Positions 30,688 through 40,280 of a stretch of DNA of 64,000 nt are shown piece after piece. Source of the stretch: Candidatus Omnitrophota bacterium (GTDB lineage Bacteria > Omnitrophota > Gorgyraeia > Gygaellales > Profunditerraquicolaceae); the NCBI GenBank assembly GCA_043812955.1, contig JBDRLN010000076.1, forward strand, positions 4,864 to 68,863. The letters run 5' to 3'. The notes below the pieces were generated by a model, which saw nothing but the letters and a program-made list of their open reading frames with translations, made no database searches and was not told the origin of the DNA. The position numbers and the translations under genes are program-made. Numbering within the stretch: the stretch's first letter is position 1; each line of letters starts with the position of its first letter.

Positions 30688-31179
30688 TTAACTCTGTTTT
30701 TGCTGACGCCAGAATGTACCTTTATACTTTTCCCGCCATTGTTGAAACCAGCCCTTTTTGCCTTCCTTGCGCTTTTCTGTCATCTGCTGAAACTTGGCAA
30801 ACTGTTCAAGAGTCAAGACCTCTTTAACCGCAAAAATCCTATTTACCCTCTGGTCGAGCAACTGGGCCTGCAAGGCCTTGATCTCATTTGCTAACGGCTC
30901 AATAGCTGCCCGGGTAACCGCAGAATTATTAAACTCCTCTTGTAATTTCGCCATCTTTTCTTTGATTACCTTACGTATATTAACCGACTCTGCCGCTTGG
31001 GCATTACGAATAAACTCCAGTCTTGTGCTTTGTTCAGAGGTAAGATTTAATTCTTTTAAAATACTCCATTTTGACTCATCTCTTAGGCTGCGGTGTCCGC
31101 CCTTGGTTTGAGCATATACCGCGCCTGTCATCAGAAACACTACTGCCAAACTTATAGTTACTGTTTTTATCTTATTCAT
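30688..31179 (-). CDS. Spy/CpxP family periplasmic protein
   Basis: Signal peptide and two LTxEQ motifs (LNLTSEQ, VLTLEQ). Confidence 0.85.
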   Translation of the reverse strand: MNKIKTVTISLAVVFLMTGAVYAQTKGGHRSLRDESKWSILKELNLTSEQSTRLEFIRNAQAAESVNIRKVIKEKMAKLQEEFNNSAVTRAAIEPLANEIKALQAQLLDQRVNRIFAVKEVLTLEQFAKFQQMTEKRKEGKKGWFQQWREKYKGTFWRQQKQS

Positions 31180-31202
31180 CTTTTATCACCCCTTTCACCT
31201 AC

Positions 31203-31231
31203 TCAGACGCATAGCTATATAAAGAAGTTTC
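31203..31231 (-). promoter_or_regulatory. ECF sigma promoter upstream of the spy/cpxP-like gene
   Basis: GAAACTT-N16-GTCTGA. Confidence 0.65.
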
Positions 31232-31717
31232 CTAAAAGAAATACCGTTCTACATTTGTTCCTAAATTATAAACCAAATCATTATTCCCGCTTTCCAGGCT
31301 ATATTCTAAAATACTTTCTCCGGAATTTTCCGGGATTACAGATTGTCTCTTCTGCATAAATATTCCGCTAAAAACCGCGACACAAAGTATTAACGTAAAA
31401 ACACTAGCTAGGGCAAATGCCGGGCGATGGCCTAAAAGCAGTTCTTTCAGCCGCGACAGGGCCCCCCGGTTTGATTCTTCCTCCCGGACTAATTGTTCCC
31501 CGACAATAGCTTGACGGATATCCTGCCAGAGGCTCTCCGGGGCTTTCGCAAGTTTAAGCTTCTGGAAAAAGGCCCGCTGTAAGAGTAATTCTTCTTCTAA
31601 TTTACGGCATTTGCCACAGTTATCCAGATGCCCCTTAACCAGCTTTTGGTCCCTCTGGCCGGTGAGGCCATCAAAATAATCCGCTTTAAGCAATTCCTGC
31701 ACCTTTTTACAGTTCAT
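31232..31717 (-). CDS. Zinc-finger (zf-HC2) transmembrane anti-sigma factor
   Basis: MNC...HLDNCGKC (HxxxCxxC), one TM; overlaps the sigma gene. Confidence 0.87.
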   Translation of the reverse strand: MNCKKVQELLKADYFDGLTGQRDQKLVKGHLDNCGKCRKLEEELLLQRAFFQKLKLAKAPESLWQDIRQAIVGEQLVREEESNRGALSRLKELLLGHRPAFALASVFTLILCVAVFSGIFMQKRQSVIPENSGESILEYSLESGNNDLVYNLGTNVERYFF

Positions 31718-32270
31718 CTGTCATCAGCCCCTTTCCTGACATTTCCAATAACGCTTCCCGCGCCCGTTTTAAGCGGGTTCGCACGGTATTTATGGGAATC
31801 TTTAAAACGGCGGCGATCTCCTGATAACTCAATCCTTCGATCTCCCGCAATATCAGACAAACCTTATATTCAGGAATTAACTTATCTAATAACTCAGCAA
31901 GCAAGACACTATTATCACTTTTAATAGCTCCTTCAGCTGTTGAACGCCTATCCGGAATAGTTTCGATGACGCCATCATAATCTAACCTGTCTTTTGACTC
32001 CCGGGCGGCCTTACGGTAATGGTTGATGGCCGTATTCACTGTAATCCGGTATACCCAGGTCTTAAATGCCGAGCGAAACTGAAAACCATTTAAGCTATGG
32101 TAAATCTTCATAAAAACATCCTGGACAACTTCCTGGGCATCGGATATATTACGGGTTACCTTAAAAGCCAGGATATAGACAAAATCACTGGTCTGTCTAT
32201 ATACCTCTTCAAAGGCCTGGATATCGCCCTCACCAGCCCGTTCCAATATCTCCCTGGATATATCATTCAT
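31707..32270 (-). CDS. ECF RNA polymerase sigma factor
   Basis: DAQEVVQDVF, FKTWVYRITVN, GLSYQEIA...NTVRTRLKRAR. Confidence 0.93.
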   Translation of the reverse strand: MNDISREILERAGEGDIQAFEEVYRQTSDFVYILAFKVTRNISDAQEVVQDVFMKIYHSLNGFQFRSAFKTWVYRITVNTAINHYRKAARESKDRLDYDGVIETIPDRRSTAEGAIKSDNSVLLAELLDKLIPEYKVCLILREIEGLSYQEIAAVLKIPINTVRTRLKRAREALLEMSGKGLMTDEL

Positions 32271-32299
32271 TCTATCTTTATATAAAAACCCGGTAAATA

Positions 32300-32854
32300 T
32301 TATCTTCCGTACAAAGCTCTCAATTGTTCTACGCTGGGATGTTCCGGATAATATTCCCCTTGCGGGCCTACATAACCATTGTTACGTTTGGTCAGAGTAA
32401 CGCTGGTGTAACTGCCGTTGATATTAGGAACATTAATTGTGATTGTTTCATTTGAAAACCCCTGATACTGGGTTACAGAAGGAGCAATTACCACATTTTG
32501 GTAAACCGGCGCAGGAACAACTACGTATCCGGAAGGGTAATCTCTATAATAAGCGTTGTTATAGTGATAATACCTGGAACCCCCCACCACCATAACATTA
32601 TGCCCAAACGGAAGAACCCTGACGACTGCCCCTATCGGAGGAGCGACAATAAAAAAATCCAGCCCAAAGAACCCCGGCCTATAGAATCTGCCGTCACGGT
32701 AATGGTACCTTGAATTATTTACCACCACAACTTCTTTTCGGGAAAACCCATGCCTAGACTCGCCTCTGGCAAACGCATCCGTTGACGGCAAGACAAGAAT
32801 TAATCCTAAGATTATCCCTAACCCAATCTTGTTTCTGAAAACATATCTTAACAT
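32300..32854 (-). CDS. Exported Tyr/Gly/Pro-rich hypothetical protein
   Basis: Signal peptide, VAPPIGAVV, YYHYNNAYY, GYVVVP, GPQGEYY. Confidence 0.75.
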   Translation of the reverse strand: MLRYVFRNKIGLGIILGLILVLPSTDAFARGESRHGFSRKEVVVVNNSRYHYRDGRFYRPGFFGLDFFIVAPPIGAVVRVLPFGHNVMVVGGSRYYHYNNAYYRDYPSGYVVVPAPVYQNVVIAPSVTQYQGFSNETITINVPNINGSYTSVTLTKRNNGYVGPQGEYYPEHPSVEQLRALYGR

Positions 32855-32883
32855 TTTTCCTCCTTTTTTAGCCTTTCAGCTAC

Positions 32884-32912
32884 TTTGACAACCTAAAAGG
32901 GGAAAAAGTTCC
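32884..32912 (-). promoter_or_regulatory. ECF (sigmaE-type) promoter heading the sigma operon
   Basis: GGAACTT-N16-GTCAAA. Confidence 0.75.
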
Positions 32913-33653
32913 TTAAAAAATTTGGGCTAATGCATAAGCTGCGGGGTTCATAATCAAAAGACTTACGAGCTCGCTATCAAACCTACCGGGTAATTTGGTC
33001 AAGATAAAGATCAGGACGGCAATTCCGCTGCCGAATAAAAATTTTAGCGCTGGTTTTACAGGAGTTGTTTTGGGCTCTATGATCATGATAAAAATATAAA
33101 AATAATTTAAGTACCCTAGGATATGCCAGATGCTGTTTTTTTGCCAGAACGCCTGGATCCCAAATAAACAGATAAAAACAAGGACATAACCGATAATAAT
33201 TTCGATTTTTCTTATCTTATAAATAAAATACATTCCGGCAGGTAAAAGCAAATACCACAGATAGGCGCCTCTCCATTGAGTTGAAACGTTAAATAAAACA
33301 ACTGCGAGAAATATTCCGAAAGCCGCAGGGTTAAAGATAGGCTTATTCTGAAAACGAATCAGGTGTTTAGAAATAATCGCTATTAACGAGGCTGCTACAA
33401 TTACTCGCCAGGCCAGGTTGCTGGAAAGGACAAAACCGATAATTAATCCGGTAATGATCGAACTTTCAGTTATTTCAAATAACTTTTTTTTAAAAAATAG
33501 GGTGGTTGACTCGGCTATCAGGCTTGAAATTACGGCAATGATTAAAGCGGTTAAAAATACCAAATCCCTATCTCTAATAGATAAAAAAACCGCTGAACCG
33601 GCTAAATAGATAATCAGCTGAGTTTTAATAGATCTTAATTTCAACATGACCAA
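32913..33653 (-). CDS. Stand-alone RnfD/NqrB-like membrane protein
   Basis: SSIITGLI, SKHLI...IFNPAAFG, FIMIIEPKTTP; 246 aa, no other rnf genes. Confidence 0.7.
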   Translation of the reverse strand: MVMLKLRSIKTQLIIYLAGSAVFLSIRDRDLVFLTALIIAVISSLIAESTTLFFKKKLFEITESSIITGLIIGFVLSSNLAWRVIVAASLIAIISKHLIRFQNKPIFNPAAFGIFLAVVLFNVSTQWRGAYLWYLLLPAGMYFIYKIRKIEIIIGYVLVFICLFGIQAFWQKNSIWHILGYLNYFYIFIMIIEPKTTPVKPALKFLFGSGIAVLIFILTKLPGRFDSELVSLLIMNPAAYALAQIF

Positions 33654-33654
33654 T

Positions 33655-34149
33655 TTAACGGTAATTGCAGAAACTTAAAGGCAGGGAGAAATCCAAACCC
33701 CTCAGATGGCTAATAACTGCCTGTAATTCGTCTTTTTTAGGCGAACTGACCTTGATCTTCTCGCCCTCGATCTGAGTCTGTACTTTTAAACCTAGTTTTT
33801 TAATGATCCCGACTAATTCTTTGGATTTTTCTTTATCAATACCCATGCAAATATCCACTTTCTGACGAAGATAACCCTCAAACGCCTTTTCCGGTTCGTT
33901 GAACTTCAAGGACTTAAGAGAAATTCCCCGTTTAGCCATCCGGGCAACCAGAATATCGGTCAAGGCCCGCAATTTAAAGTTATCATCCGCTATCAAAGTA
34001 ATTGTCTTTTCTTTTCGGTCGTAGACGATGGAGGCCTTACTGTCTTTAAAATCATAGCGTTGAGCTAATTCTTTATTCGCCTGGTTTACCGCATTATCCA
34101 TCTCCTGTAAATCCACCTCCGAAACAATATCAAAAGAAAAATTGGGCAT
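33655..34149 (-). CDS. yajQ: YajQ family nucleotide/c-di-GMP-binding protein
   Basis: SFDIVSEVDLQE...NAVNQA...QRYDFK, C-terminal NYR. Confidence 0.92.
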   Translation of the reverse strand: MPNFSFDIVSEVDLQEMDNAVNQANKELAQRYDFKDSKASIVYDRKEKTITLIADDNFKLRALTDILVARMAKRGISLKSLKFNEPEKAFEGYLRQKVDICMGIDKEKSKELVGIIKKLGLKVQTQIEGEKIKVSSPKKDELQAVISHLRGLDFSLPLSFCNYR

Positions 34150-34182
34150 CTAATATTCCTCCTTGAAAGTTTATAAATAACG

Positions 34183-34671
34183 CTAGTAGACCTGTTTATT
34201 CTCCAGGGCCTTCCAGTCCTCTAAAAGTTTTAGACACTCATTAATTAAAAATGCTCTCGTAAGTTTAATCCGGCTTCTACCCATGGCCTTCATCTGGGCG
34301 CAAGAAACCGGCAATTCATCAAATCCTAACTTCTTAACGTCCGCGACCGCAGTCCCGTAAAAAACAGACTTAATCCGCGCCCAATGAATTGCGGAAAAAC
34401 ACATCGGACAGGGTTCAGTGGTAGAATAAATAACGCATCCGGATAAATCAAAAGTCTTTAATTCTCTGCTGGCTTGGCGGATGGCGTTAACTTCGGCATG
34501 ACAAGTAGCATCCTGAGATAGCACGGTATTACGGCTAAAGGCTATTACTTTATTACCCCTAACAATGCATGCGCCGAACGGGCCGCCGGCCAAAGTTTTG
34601 AAATTCTTCCTAGCCTCGGATATGGCCAAGCGCATATATTTAAAATTTACTTGATGTTTTTCCACAAACAC
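34183..34671 (-). CDS. Nucleoside/guanine deaminase (CDA fold)
   Basis: GGPFGA, HAEVNAIR, EPCPMC. Confidence 0.88.
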   Translation of the reverse strand: MFVEKHQVNFKYMRLAISEARKNFKTLAGGPFGACIVRGNKVIAFSRNTVLSQDATCHAEVNAIRQASRELKTFDLSGCVIYSTTEPCPMCFSAIHWARIKSVFYGTAVADVKKLGFDELPVSCAQMKAMGRSRIKLTRAFLINECLKLLEDWKALENKQVY

Positions 34672-34674
34672 CTC

Positions 34675-35346
34675 TTAGATAATCAGGGCGGGTTGGACTT
34701 GGGATTCTTCAACCTGAGAAAGAGATAGAGAATCTTTTATGTTGAAGCGGCCGATGCTTAATCTTTCGATCTGAGATACAAAGCCTACACAACCTAATTT
34801 CGCGGCGATATCTTCTGCCAGCTGGCGGACATAAGTCCCCTTGGAACATTTAACCTTAAACTGGATATCGGGAAGGGAGAATTTTAAAAGGCTTAATTCT
34901 TTAATCTGGACCTTGCGCGGGGCACGCTCAACCTCTTTTCCTTTACGGGCCAGCTCATAGAGCCTTTTCCCTTTGTGCTTCAAGGCTGAGACCATTGGGG
35001 GAACCTGCATATTTTCACCGATAAATGTAACCATAGTTTTACTCACATTTTCTTCGGTCACATGGCTGAATTCTTTTTTCTCAACCACCTCACCCTGAAT
35101 ATCGCCGCTGGTAGTCCGGGCGCCCAAAGTAAGAGTTGCCGAATATTCTTTATCGAGGATCATAAAATGATTAAATAATTTAGTACATTTACCGATTAAA
35201 ATTACCAGGACTCCGGTAGCGATCGGATCCAGGGTGCCGGAATGCCCAACCTGTTTTATTTTTAATTTCTTACGCACAAAATCTACTACATCATGCGAGG
35301 TTACGCCTTTAGGTTTGTTTATGACTAAAATGCCATCCCGGATCAT
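34675..35346 (-). CDS. truB: tRNA pseudouridine(55) synthase, short form
   Basis: TSHDVV, GHSGTLDP, PPMVSALK, CSKGTYVR. Confidence 0.93.
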   Translation of the reverse strand: MIRDGILVINKPKGVTSHDVVDFVRKKLKIKQVGHSGTLDPIATGVLVILIGKCTKLFNHFMILDKEYSATLTLGARTTSGDIQGEVVEKKEFSHVTEENVSKTMVTFIGENMQVPPMVSALKHKGKRLYELARKGKEVERAPRKVQIKELSLLKFSLPDIQFKVKCSKGTYVRQLAEDIAAKLGCVGFVSQIERLSIGRFNIKDSLSLSQVEESQVQPALII

Positions 35347-36077
35347 TTCTTAATTACCTCTTCCTTTAAAGGATACCTCTTGCAGGTAAACTGGGCTAAT
35401 TCCGGGCAATAGCTTAATTTAACGCATTTAGCCCCGGCTTCTGCGAATACTGCCGGAAGTTTATCCTGGCAGACCTTAAGCATTTCTAAAGCCAGGCCCC
35501 GAATCTCCCATTGGGCCCGGTTGCAACAACGTTGTTCAAAAAAATGGAGCAATTCCCGGCAGTTCATAGTAACCACGATTTTAGTCTCAGCTGCCTGCGG
35601 TAAAAGGAACCTGGCATCCTGATTAACCTGTTCTCCAGATTTATCTTTTTTCTTAAAACTCTCCAGGAAATCATTGTAACCTTTTTGGATCTCTTCCATC
35701 ATCCGGATAAATTTATCTTTTAAATCTTTATCCTGTTCTACTGAGGGAGGAATAATGTAATTAAAATTAACGGCCTTGACATAACGTTGACTTTGCTGAC
35801 TAAAAGAAGCAATCCTGTGCCTGACCAACTGATGAGTCAAGGCCCGGGATACGCCCTCAATGGCAAAAGTAAATTTCACATGTTCGATCGGGCTTTCATG
35901 CCCAGAGGAAACAACCTTGCGCACAAACTCCTCCTGTTTTTTGAGGTCGGATTTTACCTCTTCGATTAAATCCCCGGCAAATTTCGGCGAGTAACACTGC
36001 CTGCAGGCAGCGTAAATTATCGAGATTGCGTCCTTAGTCAGATCTAAAAGTTTAACATTCAATTTAACCTGTGGCAT
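35343..36077 (-). CDS. thyX: FAD-dependent thymidylate synthase
   Basis: GHESPIEH, RHRIASFSQQSQRY, RAQWEIR. Confidence 0.94.
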   Translation of the reverse strand: MPQVKLNVKLLDLTKDAISIIYAACRQCYSPKFAGDLIEEVKSDLKKQEEFVRKVVSSGHESPIEHVKFTFAIEGVSRALTHQLVRHRIASFSQQSQRYVKAVNFNYIIPPSVEQDKDLKDKFIRMMEEIQKGYNDFLESFKKKDKSGEQVNQDARFLLPQAAETKIVVTMNCRELLHFFEQRCCNRAQWEIRGLALEMLKVCQDKLPAVFAEAGAKCVKLSYCPELAQFTCKRYPLKEEVIKK

Positions 36078-36105
36078 TACCTGACCTCTTTCTTTGTAGT
36101 TATTT

Positions 36106-37074
36106 TTAAAGGTAACTGTTATTCTTTAAATACCCGGCGTAATCTTTTATTGCTTTTTCCAGGCTGTAAAATTTATGCCGACACCCTGCTTTTCTTAATT
36201 TAGTCAAATCCGCCTTAGTAAAATACTGGTATTTATCTCTAATGGCTAAAGGCATAGGGATATATTCTATCCTGGGCAACTTATCACAAGCGAAAAATAA
36301 AGCGCGCGCTAACTCATTCCAGGTCCGGGCCCTGCCGGTTCCCAGGTTAAATATGCCTTTTTTATCCGGGTGCTCAATAAAGTAATTTACTACCTCTATA
36401 GCATCTTTAACATATACGAAATCCCGCATCTGCTCTCCGTCAGCGTATTCTTTTTTGTAGGACTTAAAAAGCCGTATCTTCCCCTCTTTATTTACTTGAG
36501 AATAGGCCTTGGTAATAACACTCTCCATATCCCCTTTATGGTATTCATTCGGGCCAAAAACATTAAAAAATTTAAACCCGGTGACTTTTGACGTAAGCTT
36601 ATTTTTAATCAGCCATAGGTCAAACATCTGTTTGGATAATCCATACAAGTTCAAAGGCTTAAGTTTTAAACTCACTTTATCTTCGTCGCTATAGCCAAGT
36701 TCGCCATCCCCATAAGCAGCAGCCGAAGAAGCGTATAAAAAAAAGACTTTATTTTTTAAGGCCCACTTACACATCCTCTGGGAATAAAGATAATTATTCC
36801 TCATTAAATAATCCCTGTTTTGCTCAGTCGTGGAAGTACAGGCGCCCATATGCAGGATTAGGTCCACCCTCCCTTTTAATTTATTGGACTCAAGGTAACC
36901 TAAAAATTTATCCTTCTCCAGATAACCTGCAAAATCCTTACCCACCAGGTTTTTCCACTTTTCCGACTTCTCCATATGGTCAACTACAATAATATCTTTA
37001 ATCCCATTTTTATTTAACTTCCAGAGAAGGCAGCTTCCAATGAATCCCGCTCCGCCGGTCAATATAACCCTCAT
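36106..37074 (-). CDS. rfaD: ADP-L-glycero-D-manno-heptose 6-epimerase
   Basis: TGGAGFIGS, YASSAA, YGLSK, FNVFGPNEYHKG, YQYFTKAD. Confidence 0.93.
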   Translation of the reverse strand: MRVILTGGAGFIGSCLLWKLNKNGIKDIIVVDHMEKSEKWKNLVGKDFAGYLEKDKFLGYLESNKLKGRVDLILHMGACTSTTEQNRDYLMRNNYLYSQRMCKWALKNKVFFLYASSAAAYGDGELGYSDEDKVSLKLKPLNLYGLSKQMFDLWLIKNKLTSKVTGFKFFNVFGPNEYHKGDMESVITKAYSQVNKEGKIRLFKSYKKEYADGEQMRDFVYVKDAIEVVNYFIEHPDKKGIFNLGTGRARTWNELARALFFACDKLPRIEYIPMPLAIRDKYQYFTKADLTKLRKAGCRHKFYSLEKAIKDYAGYLKNNSYL

Positions 37075-37103
37075 TAATAACTCCTTTTCTCCTTAACCTC
37101 TTG

Positions 37104-37161
37104 TCCACCCCGTAGGTGGAAACCACCTACGGGGTAAAGACATGGTTGCCACCTACGGGGT
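37104..37161. repeat. REP-like palindrome family A, copy 2 plus a half copy overlapping the lipA stop
   Basis: ACCCCGTAGGTGG-aaa-CCACCTACGGGGT then CATGGTT; second CCACCTACGGGGT at 37149-37161. Confidence 0.88.
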
Positions 37162-38016
37162 AAAAGTAAGGTATTCTTCGGCCATATAGGAACTACGCAC
37201 ATAAGGATTGCTGGCTACGTAAAGAAATCCCAGCTTTAGGGCCTCTTCTTTATAATACCTAAATTTTCCCGGAGCAATATATTCCTTAACTGGATAATGC
37301 TTTAAGCTGGGAGCCAGATACTGGCCCAGGCTTAAAAAATCACAACCGATTCCGCGTAAATCCCGTAAGACTTCCAAGACTTCCTGCCCTGTCTCGCCCA
37401 GGCCCAGCATCAATCCGGATTTAGTATGAATACCGAGGAATTTTTTGATGGTATCTAGGACTTTTAAAGAGCGGACATAATCCGCTCCCTGTCTAATCTC
37501 TTTATAAAAATTAGGGACGGTCTCCAGATTATGACTAATCACCTGCGGTTTCGCCTGAATGATTTTTTCTAAATTTTCTGCCTCTCCTTTAAAATCCGGA
37601 ATAAGCGCCTCAATATTAATTATGGGATTTTCTCTACGGATAGCGGAAATCGTCTTGGCAAAAATATCCGCTCCCCCATCAGCCAGGTCATCACGAGTGA
37701 CACTGGTGACTACTACATATCTCAAACCAATTTTTTTAACTGCTTGAGCTATCCTTTCCGGTTCGCTTTTGTCAACCAACCCGGGTATACCTTTTTTTAC
37801 AGCACAGAACCGGCAGTCCCGGGTACAAATATCTCCTAAGATTAAAAAAGTAGCCGCATTCCTGGAGAAGCACTCATTAATATTCGGACACATCGCTTCC
37901 CGGCAAACCGTGTTGACGGAAAATTCTCCTAGAATATCCTGCACCGGTCCACTTGAGCCTTTGCTGATCTTTTTATTTAACCAATGCGGTTTCTTGAGGG
38001 TATTTGCGTAAGACAT
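37153..38016 (-). CDS. lipA: Lipoyl synthase
   Basis: CX4CX5C (CREAMCPNINEC), CTRDCRFC, C-terminal RSSY. Confidence 0.95.
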   Translation of the reverse strand: MSYANTLKKPHWLNKKISKGSSGPVQDILGEFSVNTVCREAMCPNINECFSRNAATFLILGDICTRDCRFCAVKKGIPGLVDKSEPERIAQAVKKIGLRYVVVTSVTRDDLADGGADIFAKTISAIRRENPIINIEALIPDFKGEAENLEKIIQAKPQVISHNLETVPNFYKEIRQGADYVRSLKVLDTIKKFLGIHTKSGLMLGLGETGQEVLEVLRDLRGIGCDFLSLGQYLAPSLKHYPVKEYIAPGKFRYYKEEALKLGFLYVASNPYVRSSYMAEEYLTFTP

Positions 38017-38800
38017 TCCACTCCGGGCTCTGGTATTTTTCTTTTTTTAGCCTATCTGCGGACTCTGATTCCTTAAAACTTAAGTCCCCCTCGATCAGTT
38101 CTACTTTAAAAACTTTTTCAAACGATTCTTTTAATAACTTCTCCAGGTCATTAAACGAAATCCGCGTTCCCAAGGCCTCTTCTAAAGAAATAACCTTATC
38201 TCCTAAGCCATATATATCCTGATTTAAAAAAGGCTTAAATTTATTAAAATCAAATTTTATAGGTATGGAGCCGTGCTGAAAGATAATATTTTTTATCCTT
38301 CTTTGGGAGCTACCTCCAAGTTTCCTCCCCCTGACCATAATATCATATTCTTCGCTGGATTCAAAGCAGAGAGCTTCGGCAGGACCACGGGCTCTTTGCG
38401 ATAATCCTTGAGATACAAAACCGGCATCTAGTCCTAGTTTACGGTAAGCCTTTAGGATAAAAGAAGAATTAATCTTAAAACTCTCTTTTACCGTATTAAA
38501 TAAGCCAGGGGTTATCTGAGGAAGACTTAATGAATAAGTCAATTCCTGGTCGTGAAAAATCGCTTCTCCGCCGGTAAACCTGCGTACAAAAGGAATCCTC
38601 GCTTTTTCGCATTTAGGAATATTTAAAACCTTAAAAGCATCCTGAAAATAACCTAAAGAGAAACTAGCCGGACTCCAGCCATAAAAACGTAAAGTAGGCA
38701 GCTCATATCCGGCTAATTGCTCTCTGGCAATAGCCTCGTCAATCGCCATATTGGTGTAGGGGTCGTTAAAACGGCCGGGGATTATTCGCCACTTACTCAT
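37973..38800 (-). CDS. Lipoate-protein ligase/octanoyltransferase (LipM/LplA family)
   Basis: NMAIDEAI, LRFYGW, VRRFTGG, RKLGGSSQ, QHGSI. Confidence 0.88.
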   Translation of the reverse strand: MSKWRIIPGRFNDPYTNMAIDEAIAREQLAGYELPTLRFYGWSPASFSLGYFQDAFKVLNIPKCEKARIPFVRRFTGGEAIFHDQELTYSLSLPQITPGLFNTVKESFKINSSFILKAYRKLGLDAGFVSQGLSQRARGPAEALCFESSEEYDIMVRGRKLGGSSQRRIKNIIFQHGSIPIKFDFNKFKPFLNQDIYGLGDKVISLEEALGTRISFNDLEKLLKESFEKVFKVELIEGDLSFKESESADRLKKEKYQSPEWNVLRKYPQETALVK

Positions 38801-38815
38801 TAGTAAACAAAAGAT

Positions 38816-40267
38816 TTATCGCGGCTGCCACCTCAGGTCCAGATCCCGGATTGCCTTAGTTTCATCCAGCCTTAAAACCGGGGTATTTTGGGGAGCGTCT
38901 TTAAGCCTTTGGGGATTGCTGATCGCTAAGCGGGAAGCTTCTTTCATTATTGCAATAAAATTATCCAGGGTTTCTTTGGATTCAGTCTCTGTCGGTTCAA
39001 TCATTATTGCTTCCGCAACGATCAACGGAAAATAAATGGTCGGAGGATGGATTTTTTTCTCGATCAAATACTTAGCAATATCCAAAGCGCTGACATCATT
39101 CTGCTTCTGTTTAGAGGCTGAAAAAACGCATTCATGCATACAGACCCGATCGTAAGGCAAGTCAAAATATTCCTTTAATTTTACCCGGCAGTAATTGGCA
39201 TTTAAGACCGCAGCCTCGGCAACTTCAATCAAGCCACTCTTGCCCAGAAATAAAATATAAGCATAGGCCTTAAGCATTACCCCAAAATTACCGTAGAAAG
39301 GAGCGATCCTGCCGATAGACTTAGGTTTATTAAATTCCGGCTTTATAGTTCCCTCGGCATCCTTAACTAACCTGGGCACCGGAAGAAATTCAACTAATTT
39401 TTTACTTACCCCCACCGGACCGGATCCCGGGCCCCCTCCTCCGTGAGGAGCGCCAAAACTCTTATGCAGGTTTAAATGGACTACATCAAAACCAAAATCT
39501 CCCGGCCGGGCCTTACCTAAAATAGGATTAAGATTAGCCCCGTCATAATAAACTAAGGCATCCACCTTATGCGCTGCGTCGCAAATCTGCTTGATCTGGG
39601 ATTCAAAAATCCCTAAAGTATTCGGGCAGGTCAGCATTACCGCAGCCACATCCGGATTTAACTTGGACTTAAAAATCTCCAGATCCATAAACCCATTCTT
39701 ATCCGAGGGAATAACTATTACTTCATAACCGGCAATAGCTGCGCTGGCCGGATTAGTCCCATGCGAAGAATCCGGGACAATTACGTATTTTCTCCTGTTG
39801 CCTTTAGCTTTATGATAAGCAGCGATCAACATAACTCCGGTCAGCTCTCCGTGGGCTCCGGCTAAAGGCTGGGTAGTAAAAGCATTCATCCCGGTTATCT
39901 CTGATAATAACCCTTCTAATTGATAGACAACTTCCAGCGCTCCTTGAGCAAATTTTTCTCCTGCCTCAAGCTGACAGATTAAGGGATGGATATCAGCAAA
40001 ACCTTCCATCCTGGCTATCTTCTCGGTAAATTTAGGATTATATTTCATAGTGCAGGAACCTAACGGATAGAAATTAGTATCTACGGAAAAATTCATCCGG
40101 GAGAGATTGGTAAAATGCCGGACTACGTCCAACTCCGAGGCCTGCGGTAAATTAGCTTTTTTGTTGCGTAGATATTTGGGGGCTAACCCGGGCTTTAGCG
40201 AAACATCCAGATTAGGCAACTTGACTGCCCTGCGCCCATCTTTACTCTTTTCGAATATCAATTGCAT
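38816..40267 (-). CDS. gcvPB: Glycine dehydrogenase subunit 2
   Basis: PLGSCTMKYNP, QPLAGAHGE, HLNLHKSFGAPHGGGGPG. Confidence 0.95.
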   Translation of the reverse strand: MQLIFEKSKDGRRAVKLPNLDVSLKPGLAPKYLRNKKANLPQASELDVVRHFTNLSRMNFSVDTNFYPLGSCTMKYNPKFTEKIARMEGFADIHPLICQLEAGEKFAQGALEVVYQLEGLLSEITGMNAFTTQPLAGAHGELTGVMLIAAYHKAKGNRRKYVIVPDSSHGTNPASAAIAGYEVIVIPSDKNGFMDLEIFKSKLNPDVAAVMLTCPNTLGIFESQIKQICDAAHKVDALVYYDGANLNPILGKARPGDFGFDVVHLNLHKSFGAPHGGGGPGSGPVGVSKKLVEFLPVPRLVKDAEGTIKPEFNKPKSIGRIAPFYGNFGVMLKAYAYILFLGKSGLIEVAEAAVLNANYCRVKLKEYFDLPYDRVCMHECVFSASKQKQNDVSALDIAKYLIEKKIHPPTIYFPLIVAEAIMIEPTETESKETLDNFIAIMKEASRLAISNPQRLKDAPQNTPVLRLDETKAIRDLDLRWQPR

Positions 40268-40280
40268 TGAGCACCTCTAT

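Noticed and set aside
34675-35346. truB as a truncated pseudogene
   Set aside because: The catalytic motifs are intact and short TruB proteins lacking the C-terminal domain are known
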